In this document: piece after piece, positions 29,913 through 37,866 of the stretch
Position numbering within the stretch: the stretch's first letter is position 1
Layout of the letters: every line of letters starts with the position of its first letter
DNA from: Candidatus Binatus soli
GTDB taxonomy: Bacteria; Desulfobacterota; Binatia; Binatales; Binataceae
Assembly (NCBI GenBank): GCA_002479255.1
Contig: DLMJ01000032.1
Span: forward strand, 30,908 to 94,907
Direction: 5' to 3'
DNA: 64,000 nucleotides
Made by a program: the position numbers and the translations under genes
The notes under the pieces: model-generated
Told to the model about the DNA's origin: nothing
The model's database searches: none
The model's input: only the letters and a program-made list of their open reading frames with translations

Positions 29913-30896
29913 TCACTGAACGAAGATAAGATCCTTTACGGCGGTGGGTATGCCACCTGAAAAACGCCAATAACGCAGCGTTGCCAGCTCCCTGATTACC
30001 AGGGGCGCGCGTGCTAATCGGCTCGCTGGCAACTCGCAGCGTGCTCGCCAGTGGCGGAGCACGGCTGATAAAAGCTTCTTGTTGGACTCTTCCCACTCGT
30101 AGGCGCTTTCCAACCTCCTAATCACGGGTCCTAGATCGCGGACCGGCCTTTCTTTTCTGCCGGCGAAGTCTTGTGCGAAGCGCCCTCGCTCGGGCCCATT
30201 AGGCTTTGCTCCGCGGGCGGTCCTGCTGGTCTGCTTCGGGTGCTGCCGGTACGCGACTAGCGGCTGCGGCACCAGGGCAACCCCACCAACCCCGGAATAA
30301 ATGATTGTCCATGCAATGAAAATGTCGTGAGAGGAACCATCGGGGAGAGGCAGGACAAGCGGTTTGAATCTTGCACGAAAGGCCATGCAGCAACCCGTTG
30401 GCGGAATGCGTCTATTGAAAGTGTTGCCGGCGGACAACCTCTCGTGGTCGCGGCTCCGGTATCGGAACTTGTGCACTTGCCATAAGCGGCGATTGAGAGA
30501 CTCCAGATGCTCATCGACCAGATCAGCGTCGCAGATTGCGAGAGCGGCTCTCGGTGATTCGGCGAGGGCCTGCTCCATCAGCGAGACCTTGCTGGGATAC
30601 CAAACGTCATCGCAGTCGCTGAGAAAGATGACGCCGCCAGTGCATTCCGTTATCGCACGCTCGAAATTCTTCATGAACCCGAGGTTCGAGTCGTTGATGA
30701 ATAACCGCACCGGAAACGGAGCGCGAGCAGCGAAGTCGCGGACGATCTCTACCGTTCGATCGGTCGAGGCATTGTCGCTGACCACCAACTCATCAGGGAG
30801 TCGCGTCTGGCGGACAAAGCTTTCGAGTTGCTCGCCGATGAACCGCTCCCCGTTGTACACCGCCATCGCTATGGAGATTTTCGATCCGGTGCTCAC
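29913..30896 (-). CDS. GT2 glycosyltransferase (paralog B of 24099-25130)
   Basis: ISIAMAVYNGERFIGEQLESFVRQTRLPDELVVSDNASTDRTVEIV. The GTG at 30896 overlaps the upstream stop as GTGA. The 432-aa ORF extension is Arg-rich and rejected. Confidence 0.8.
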   Translation of the reverse strand: MSTGSKISIAMAVYNGERFIGEQLESFVRQTRLPDELVVSDNASTDRTVEIVRDFAARAPFPVRLFINDSNLGFMKNFERAITECTGGVIFLSDCDDVWYPSKVSLMEQALAESPRAALAICDADLVDEHLESLNRRLWQVHKFRYRSRDHERLSAGNTFNRRIPPTGCCMAFRARFKPLVLPLPDGSSHDIFIAWTIIYSGVGGVALVPQPLVAYRQHPKQTSRTARGAKPNGPERGRFAQDFAGRKERPVRDLGPVIRRLESAYEWEESNKKLLSAVLRHWRARCELPASRLARAPLVIRELATLRYWRFSGGIPTAVKDLIFVQ

Positions 30897-31999
30897 TTGC
30901 GGGCCTCCAGCAAGAGTTCGTCCGCGGCGAGCGGGTCCCACAGGCGCATCAACATCTCGACGAGAGACGCCGCGCGTCCATAGCGCACGTCCGCGTGAGT
31001 CAGCGAACGCAGCCATTCCACGCGCCCGCCACGCCTGATAAGCGGACTCTGGACGAAGTTGAACGGGGTCGTTCGAAGCGTGCTCGAGACCGCGCTTTGG
31101 ACGAACCCGGCGCGCCTTGCCAGCGTGGCCAGGCCATTGCCGGTGAAGATCTGAAGGTGCTGCGGCGGGTGGAGCCCGAGCCAGCTGGGCCCGAAATGGC
31201 GATGGCCCCAACTTTCGGCGTTGGGGGTGGTGACGGCAAGCGTACCGCCCACTGCCAGCACTCGACGGATTTCGCGAAGCGTCCCAAGCGGATCGTGAAG
31301 GTGCTCGATCACGTGGTTCATCAGGACCAGATCGAATGACTCGTCCGGGTAGCGCTGCGCGGCCAGACTTCCAAGCCTCACGGAAAGTCCTTTGCGCCGC
31401 GCCGCATCAACTGCTTGCGCATCGAAGTCCACGCCCTCGGTGTTCCAGCCAAGCTCCTGGGCCATGTTCAACGCATAGCCGTCACCGCATCCGACATCGA
31501 GCATCCGCCCCTTTTGGGAAACGGCGAGATAGCGAAGCGGAATATCGAGCGCGTCGCATTCAATGCGCGAGAGCAGGATCGGCAGCGCGAACAACCACCG
31601 CAATGGTTTGCCGGTGTCGTCTCCGCAATTGAAGCGCCAGGCACGATAGGCCGACCTGCAAAGCTCGGCCGCCCGATGGCCCGCTCCGGGCGCAGCCGGT
31701 GGCGACGCATCCGCCGCATCCTCGGGGGCAGCATGGGTGAAATAGCCCTCGTAGGCCATCGCGATATCTTCTTCGAGTGGCATCGGGTCGAGCCATAGAA
31801 GACCGCATTCGGGGTTTGGGCATCGCTTGAGGTTCCATTGGCCCGGGGCGTTGGCCACCCGATCGGTGAGCCCCTCATACAGCGGCTTGCCGCCGGCGCC
31901 GCAGAGGCAACACTCGGGGCACGGCCGGCTCCTGATTTCTTCGCCCGACTCGGCCTGTTCGTTCAGCTTTGCGTCCGCAGCGCTCATCGCTCGCTTCAT
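30893..31999 (-). CDS. Class I SAM-dependent methyltransferase with an N-terminal zinc-ribbon
   Basis: CPECCLCG...CPNPECGLLW (four Cys), MLDVGCGDGYALN (motif I) and DLVLMNHVIEHLHDP. Confidence 0.75.
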   Translation of the reverse strand: MKRAMSAADAKLNEQAESGEEIRSRPCPECCLCGAGGKPLYEGLTDRVANAPGQWNLKRCPNPECGLLWLDPMPLEEDIAMAYEGYFTHAAPEDAADASPPAAPGAGHRAAELCRSAYRAWRFNCGDDTGKPLRWLFALPILLSRIECDALDIPLRYLAVSQKGRMLDVGCGDGYALNMAQELGWNTEGVDFDAQAVDAARRKGLSVRLGSLAAQRYPDESFDLVLMNHVIEHLHDPLGTLREIRRVLAVGGTLAVTTPNAESWGHRHFGPSWLGLHPPQHLQIFTGNGLATLARRAGFVQSAVSSTLRTTPFNFVQSPLIRRGGRVEWLRSLTHADVRYGRAASLVEMLMRLWDPLAADELLLEARK

Positions 32000-32084
32000 A
32001 CCTTATCGCAGTAGAGCCCCGCGGATCTGGCATCCTGTCGACCGGGCAATTCTTGACGGCTCCACGATCGATTCCACTCCTTGC

Positions 32085-32915
32085 CTAATCCGCGCGCTGC
32101 CAATAGACACCGCTCCAATCGATGCGTTTCATCTCTTCCTTGATGGCGCACCGTGCGCGAAAGTCGTCAACCGCTTTGTGGCAGCCGGGGAGCGCGTAGT
32201 CGTCAATAATTACGTACCCGCCCCTGGACAATTTGGGATAGAGACAAGTCAGGGCATCCATCGTTGATTCATACATGTCGCCGTCGAGCCGCAACACAGC
32301 AAGTCGCGCAATCGGTGCGGTGGATAGCGTTTCGCTGAACCAGCCTTTCAGGAACATGACTTGGGAATCGAGAAGACCGAAGGCGGAAAAGTTCGACTTG
32401 ACATCTTCCAGCGAAACCCTCAGCTCATCATGAGTATGAAGGTGATCGCCGCGGTCTGCTGGGTACTTTGCAGGGTTGGGTGGCGGCAGGCCGCAAAAGG
32501 AGTCTGCGGCCCAAACAGTCCGGTCGTCGATTCCATACGCCTTGAGAACCGCGCGCATGAAGATTACAGCTCCGCCACGCCACACGCCGGTTTCTATGAA
32601 ATCGCCGGGCACTCGGTTCCTGATCACTTCCTCACAGCAAAACTGGAGATTGTCGAGGCGCTTCATCCCAATCATGCTAAAAGCGACCTCATTATAATGA
32701 GTGCCCTCGGCCACGATCTTCAAGTCCGATCGATACAGCCTCATCAAAGAAAGACCATAATGTTCCAAAGTGCTGCGCGTTGAAGTGTACAGCGATTTCT
32801 GCCAGCGGCGAGCAGGAAGGGTCTGGTGAAGGCGACCTATAGGCTTTTCGGCGTAGACCGCTCCGGACACCGCCTTTTTCATTAGGTCCAAGTAGAGTGA
32901 TCGTATCTCAATCAT
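32085..32915 (-). CDS. TylF/MycF-family (macrocin-type) sugar O-methyltransferase
   Basis: GDFIETGVWRGGAVIFMR, WAADSFCGLPPP and LRLDGDMYESTMDALTCLYPKLSRGGYVIIDDY. Confidence 0.8.
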   Translation of the reverse strand: MIEIRSLYLDLMKKAVSGAVYAEKPIGRLHQTLPARRWQKSLYTSTRSTLEHYGLSLMRLYRSDLKIVAEGTHYNEVAFSMIGMKRLDNLQFCCEEVIRNRVPGDFIETGVWRGGAVIFMRAVLKAYGIDDRTVWAADSFCGLPPPNPAKYPADRGDHLHTHDELRVSLEDVKSNFSAFGLLDSQVMFLKGWFSETLSTAPIARLAVLRLDGDMYESTMDALTCLYPKLSRGGYVIIDDYALPGCHKAVDDFRARCAIKEEMKRIDWSGVYWQRAD

Positions 32916-32978
32916 CTTCTCGATGTCTTTCTGGCAGCCTCAAAAACGATCGATTTGTTTCAATCCGCGGGAGCCCAA

Positions 32979-34541
32979 TCAGTGCGCCTGCGCAAGGAGA
33001 AGGCGCACGCCGCGAACTACACCACGCACAGAAGCCCGCTCTCTTGGTCCGAGTACCAGCCAGCCCAGCATGGCGAATAGAAGTGGTGCTATACCGAGTA
33101 GGAGGCATTGTTCAGGCAAATCCATTGGTATCGTCCCAACAGCGAAGATCAGCAACGCCGCTGAAGTGAGCGTGGCAATCCTAGCAATCCCTGGGGCCGC
33201 CATCGGCAACAACCGCCACGCCATAAGGAATACTATAAGCGTTGTGACTACCACCCGAACTGTCCATGTTATGGCCACTCCCGCGATTCCATATCGCACC
33301 ATCATCCACCACAGCATGGCAACGTAGAATGGTGCTTCAGCGAGATGAAGCTTGGCGAGAAGATCAGGCCGGTCAGCGGCCTGGATCAGGCCGTAGGCCG
33401 GGTGTGCGGTGCTGTTGATGAACACGGCAAAAGTGAGCCATCGCAATGCGCTTGCACTGTGGTCCGCGAAGGAGGGACCGAGCCACAGGCGAAGAGCTTC
33501 GGGCGCCAGCGTGATGATAAAAAGAACCGGGGCAAACAGCGTGAGAACGATGTACTTGGTAGCGCTCTCGAGCAAGAGCGCAGCGTGGTCCGGATCGCTG
33601 CTGAAAGCGCCGGAAAAAGCGGAAAACGTCACCGCTGACACGGCATTGGGTATAATCCACAGCTTGGTCGCCACTTGGAAGGGCACTGCGTAGTAGGTAA
33701 CCGCCGCCATCGACAGCATCGCGCCGATCAGAAAGCGGTCGAAATAGGCCATGATTGGGCTAACCACCGCCGACACCGTAAGCCAGCCGCCGAAGCTCAG
33801 CATCGGGCGGATCGTGGCGCGACCCGGGTGAATTTCGCGCCCGAGCCCCGGAACGAGACGCAAGCAAAGCCAGAATGTCACGATCCACCCGGCCACCCGT
33901 CCCAGCACCACCACCGCGACCAGCCAGCCAAGGCTGTGGGAAAACGGCAACACCAGGAGCGGACCCACATAGGAGAAGATGGCGCTCGGCACGCGGATCT
34001 CATTGATGAGGTCGAAGCGCTGGAAGGCGGAGAGCGTGCCGTTCAGGCCGCCGCTGCTGATGACGAAAGGCATCGAGAAAGCGAGCAGATACAAGGCGTG
34101 CAGGCTCTCAGGCTGGAGCGCAACGGGAATTTTGAGGGCGCCGTGCACCAGCCATGGCGCAAGAACGGCAACCACGACGCCACCTGCGGTGCCGAACGCC
34201 AGCATCATGAACAGCGAGGTCCAGAACAGGCCAGGGATCTCCTGCTGGTCGCTCGACGCGGCGGCCGCGGCGATGAACTTGGTCGCGGCGCGGCCGAGCC
34301 CGAAGTCGAACAGGCCAAAGTAGCCGACCACCATAATGGACAGAGTGAGGACACCATAGCGATCCACTCCGAGCACGCGAATAACGAGCGGTATCGCCAG
34401 CAACGCAACCAAGGAAGGCGCGACCTCGCCCGCAAGGTTGATGATCGTGTTGCGAGCAAGCAGACGCCCGCTGGTGAGATTGGTCGGATTGCTCAAACAG
34501 CTATCGCGCGCGGAGTTCCATCGCGTCCTTCGGCGCTGCAT
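32979..34541 (-). CDS. wzx: Wzx-type (MOP superfamily) oligosaccharide flippase
   Basis: About 12-14 TM helices, with N-terminal LARNTIINLAGEVAPSLVALLAIPLVIRVLGVDRYGV. The start is uncertain (ATG 34541 overlaps the upstream gene; TTG 34496 is an alternative). Confidence 0.75.
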   Translation of the reverse strand: MQRRRTRWNSARDSCLSNPTNLTSGRLLARNTIINLAGEVAPSLVALLAIPLVIRVLGVDRYGVLTLSIMVVGYFGLFDFGLGRAATKFIAAAAASSDQQEIPGLFWTSLFMMLAFGTAGGVVVAVLAPWLVHGALKIPVALQPESLHALYLLAFSMPFVISSGGLNGTLSAFQRFDLINEIRVPSAIFSYVGPLLVLPFSHSLGWLVAVVVLGRVAGWIVTFWLCLRLVPGLGREIHPGRATIRPMLSFGGWLTVSAVVSPIMAYFDRFLIGAMLSMAAVTYYAVPFQVATKLWIIPNAVSAVTFSAFSGAFSSDPDHAALLLESATKYIVLTLFAPVLFIITLAPEALRLWLGPSFADHSASALRWLTFAVFINSTAHPAYGLIQAADRPDLLAKLHLAEAPFYVAMLWWMMVRYGIAGVAITWTVRVVVTTLIVFLMAWRLLPMAAPGIARIATLTSAALLIFAVGTIPMDLPEQCLLLGIAPLLFAMLGWLVLGPRERASVRGVVRGVRLLLAQAH

Positions 34542-35430
34542 CCCGCCACCATTGAATCGTCGCGGCGAGGCCGTCTTGGAGGGTTAATCGCGGCCGGAAA
34601 TCCACCTCGTCGCGCAGACGACGGACATCGGCGACGACGCGTGGCGAGTCGCCGGGCGCAGCGGCTATCGCGCCGAACTCGAGCATCGAGCGTGGAGCGC
34701 CAACCGCGTCTGCGATCATCTCGACCAGCGCGCGGACGGTGACTTCCTCACCCGACCCGATATTGACGGTCCCTTCGACTTCTCCATCGAGGATCGCCGC
34801 GAACGCAGATGCGACATCGGCGACGTGCAGGTAGTCGCGTAGCTGGCGTCCATGGGTGCATCGCGCCGGCTGGTCGCGCAGGAGAGATTCGATCACCGAC
34901 GGCACCAGGCGCGACGGATGCTCGCCCGGACCGTACAGGTAGAAGATTCTTCCCCATGCAGTGCTGAGACCGCCCGGCGGGCGCCTCACAACTTCGGACA
35001 GGGCAAGCTTGCATGCGCCGTAACGCGTGGTGGGAGCGCATCGCGTGTCTGTTTCCGAACACATGCCCGCCGAGGGATCGTATTCGAAGCAGCTGCCGGC
35101 GAAAACCGCGCGGCCGCCGCCGGCCGCGGCGAATGCGCGCAGCAGATCAATTCCCGCGCGACACCAGACATAGTTCTGCTCCGACATCTGGTACTTGCCG
35201 GGCTCCGCGTACCACGCGAGGTGAAGCAGATGCGTCGGCCTGACCCGCTCGAGCATCGGCATCACGGCCGATTCGTCCAGAAGATCCGTCCGATGCCACT
35301 CTACGCCGCGCGCGGGAGCTGACGCGCCGCGATGGGCGACGGCATGCACCTCGTAGCCGCGCTCGACAAGAAACGGGAGGGCATGGCTTCCGATCCATCC
35401 TGATGCGCCGGTTACGATCACCCGCTTCAT
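34501..35430 (-). CDS. NAD(P)-dependent SDR, likely a nucleotide-sugar 4-ketoreductase
   Basis: MKRVIVTGASGWIGSHALPFLVERGYEVHAV at ATG 35430 (ATGA overlap with the upstream stop). YGACK supplies the YxxxK motif. The 499-aa ORF extension is rejected. Confidence 0.7.
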   Translation of the reverse strand: MKRVIVTGASGWIGSHALPFLVERGYEVHAVAHRGASAPARGVEWHRTDLLDESAVMPMLERVRPTHLLHLAWYAEPGKYQMSEQNYVWCRAGIDLLRAFAAAGGGRAVFAGSCFEYDPSAGMCSETDTRCAPTTRYGACKLALSEVVRRPPGGLSTAWGRIFYLYGPGEHPSRLVPSVIESLLRDQPARCTHGRQLRDYLHVADVASAFAAILDGEVEGTVNIGSGEEVTVRALVEMIADAVGAPRSMLEFGAIAAAPGDSPRVVADVRRLRDEVDFRPRLTLQDGLAATIQWWRDAAPKDAMELRAR

Positions 35431-35957
35431 GGCACGAAATCCGGATAAGCGCGATCGCGTTCGGAGATCACCGACGGCTCGGATGGCCATCGGATGCCGA
35501 AGGCGGAATCGTTCCATCGCACGCCGCGCTCCGCCTCGGGCGCATAGTACGCGGATACCTGGTAGAAGACTTCGGTCCCGTCCGCGAGCGTGAGATAACC
35601 GTGGGCACATCCCTCCGGCACATAGAGCATCCGGCGGTTGGACGCGGTCAGCTCGACGCCGTACCAGCGGCAGTACGCCGCAGATCGGGGCCGGAGGTCG
35701 AGGATTACGTCGAAGATCGCGCCCGAAGTGCATCTGACCAGCTTCGCCTCGGCCTGCGGAGCCAGTTGGTAATGCATCCCACGCAGCGTTGCGCGAACGT
35801 GGTTGTATGAGAGGTTGCACTGCACGACCGCGGGGTTGATGCCGTGCGCCTGGAATTCGCGCGCGCAGAAGGCGCGCGCGAAGAAGCCGCGCGAGTCGGC
35901 GCGCTGCTCCAGATCGATAACCCAGGCTCCGGGAATTTCGGTTTCGTGAAAAATCAC
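35427..35957 (-). CDS. RmlC-like cupin nucleotide-sugar 3,5- (or 3-/5-) epimerase
   Basis: IPGAWVIDLEQRADSRGFFARAF, RGMHYQ, KLVRCTSGAIFDVILDLR and LYVPEGCAHGY. The GTG at 35957 overlaps the rfbG stop as GTGA. Confidence 0.8.
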   Translation of the reverse strand: MIFHETEIPGAWVIDLEQRADSRGFFARAFCAREFQAHGINPAVVQCNLSYNHVRATLRGMHYQLAPQAEAKLVRCTSGAIFDVILDLRPRSAAYCRWYGVELTASNRRMLYVPEGCAHGYLTLADGTEVFYQVSAYYAPEAERGVRWNDSAFGIRWPSEPSVISERDRAYPDFVP

Positions 35958-37063
35958 GGCGACACGTGCGTGCCGCGGCGCGGGTCGGGCGTCGCGGCAT
36001 CTCCGATTCGGGAGTAGCGCCGGATCTGCTCTACGCTGAGGTCGTAGAGGCGCGGTCCGCGAACAGACGGCGCGGCGCGGTACCACTCGACGGTAAAATC
36101 CACCGCCTCGCGCAGCGAAAGCCGGGGGCGCCAACCGAGCCGCTTGCTTGCCTTGGCGGTGTCGAGCCACAGCATCCGCGCCTCGGCAAGCCCGTCGGCG
36201 GCCGGCTGGACGCGCCATCGCGCGCCACCCCACGCATCGCTCAGAAGCTCGACGAGCTGCGCAACTGTCGCAGCGGCGGAATCTTGCGGGCCGAAATTCC
36301 ACGCGCCGGAGAATTTCCGGCCGCGTTCGATCAGTGCGCGGGCAAGCGCGAGGTACCCCGACAGCGGCTCCAGCACGTGCTGCCACGGCCGAATCGCATC
36401 GGGATTGCGGACACACAGGACTTGATCGTGGCTAAAGGCGCGGATCGCGTCGGGGACAATGCGATCCTCGGCGAAATCGCCGCCACCGATCACGTTGCCC
36501 GCGCGCGCAGTGGCAAGCGCGACTGGAGGTTCGCGGTTTTCCAGGAACGAGCGGCGCCACGCGTGCGCGACAATCTCGGCGCAGCCTTTGCTCGCGCTAT
36601 AGGGATCCGCTCCGCCAAGTCTGTCTCGTTCGCGAAACGCGTGCGCGGTCTCAGGATTCTCGTAGCACTTGTCGCTCGTCACCACGACCACCGCGCGCAC
36701 GGACGGCGCGTGCCGCACCGCTTCGAGCACGTTGGCGGTGCCAATGGCATTGGTCTCAAGGGTCGCGAGCGGCTCGCAATAGGAGCGGCGCACGAGCGAC
36801 TGCGCCGCCAGGTGAAAAACGATCTCCGGCTGAGATTGCTCGAATGCGCCACGCAGACGGTCGCGGTCGCGGATGTCGCCGATGCGTGAGTCGATCACGC
36901 CTTCAAGCTTGCACGCGGAGAAGATTCCGCCGGAAAACTCCGGCGCAAGTGCGTAGCCCGACACCTGTGCGCCGAGCTCGCGGAGCCACATCGCGAGCCA
37001 TCCTCCCTTGAAGCCGGTGTGGCCTGTCACGAGGACGCGGCGGTTCCAGAATTGATCGACCAC
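35954..37063 (-). CDS. rfbG: CDP-glucose 4,6-dehydratase
   Basis: FWNRRVLVTGHTGFKGGWLAMWLRELGAQVSGYAL and YSASKGCAE (YxxxK). It directly follows rfbF. Confidence 0.85.
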   Translation of the reverse strand: MVDQFWNRRVLVTGHTGFKGGWLAMWLRELGAQVSGYALAPEFSGGIFSACKLEGVIDSRIGDIRDRDRLRGAFEQSQPEIVFHLAAQSLVRRSYCEPLATLETNAIGTANVLEAVRHAPSVRAVVVVTSDKCYENPETAHAFRERDRLGGADPYSASKGCAEIVAHAWRRSFLENREPPVALATARAGNVIGGGDFAEDRIVPDAIRAFSHDQVLCVRNPDAIRPWQHVLEPLSGYLALARALIERGRKFSGAWNFGPQDSAAATVAQLVELLSDAWGGARWRVQPAADGLAEARMLWLDTAKASKRLGWRPRLSLREAVDFTVEWYRAAPSVRGPRLYDLSVEQIRRYSRIGDAATPDPRRGTHVSP

Positions 37064-37837
37064 CTAGTTCCAGACCTTCCAAAGCGCGGAGCCCGCGTCC
37101 CACATCGCATTAAGCTGCTGGGCTTCGCGATAAGTATCCATGCACTGCCAGAAACCCTCGTGCTGATAGACCGAGAGCTGGTTGCGAGCGGCCAGACGGG
37201 GGAGGAGCCCCGTCTCGAGCGTGTCGTCTTCACCCTCGATCAGGTCGAACACACCGGGCTCGAAGACGAAGAAACCTCCGTTGATCCAGCCCGAAGTGAC
37301 TTGCGGCTTTTCCTGGAACAGCGTCACAGCGCCATCGCGAATACCAAGCTCGCCGTAACGCGACGATGGGCGCACGGCGGTGACGGTCGCGAGCCGGCGC
37401 TGTTGGGAATGAAAGGCCGCAAGCCGCGCGACATCCACGTTGGCGACACCGTCGCCGTAGGTCACCAGGAAGGTGGAGTCGCCGACGTAGGGCCGAATTT
37501 TGCGGATGCGGCCTCCGGTCATCGTGGATTGTCCCGTTTCCGCCAATGTCACACGCCATCCGGATTCTCCGTGGCTGTCGTGCACCTGCAAATCGCGGGA
37601 GCCCAGCGTCACGGTAAAGTCGCGGTTTCGGAGCTCGTAGTTCAGGAAATAGTCGCGAATCACGTCGCCCTTGTAGCCCAAGCAAATCACGAAGTCGCTG
37701 AATCCATGCGCCGCATAGATCTTCATGATGTGCCAGAGGATCGGGCGCCCGCCGATCTCCACCATCGGCTTGGGCCGAAACTCGGTCTCCTCGCGAAGCC
37801 GCGTGCCCAGTCCGCCGGCCAAAATCACCACTTTCAT
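37064..37837 (-). CDS. rfbF: Glucose-1-phosphate cytidylyltransferase
   Basis: MKVVILAGGLGTRLREETEFRPKPMVEIGGRPILWHIMKIYAAHGFSDFVICLGYKG is near-canonical RfbF/DdhA. Confidence 0.9.
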   Translation of the reverse strand: MKVVILAGGLGTRLREETEFRPKPMVEIGGRPILWHIMKIYAAHGFSDFVICLGYKGDVIRDYFLNYELRNRDFTVTLGSRDLQVHDSHGESGWRVTLAETGQSTMTGGRIRKIRPYVGDSTFLVTYGDGVANVDVARLAAFHSQQRRLATVTAVRPSSRYGELGIRDGAVTLFQEKPQVTSGWINGGFFVFEPGVFDLIEGEDDTLETGLLPRLAARNQLSVYQHEGFWQCMDTYREAQQLNAMWDAGSALWKVWN

Positions 37838-37866
37838 CGCCTGGCGCCCTCAACAACTACATTCTA

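Noticed and set aside
34501-36416. The extended ORFs 34501-36000 (499 aa) and 35427-36416 (329 aa), and likewise 29913-31211 (432 aa).
   Set aside because: The N-terminal extensions are Arg/Ala-rich and overlap well-supported upstream genes. Internal ATG or GTG starts that overlap the upstream stop codons (ATGA/GTGA) give proteins of canonical length.
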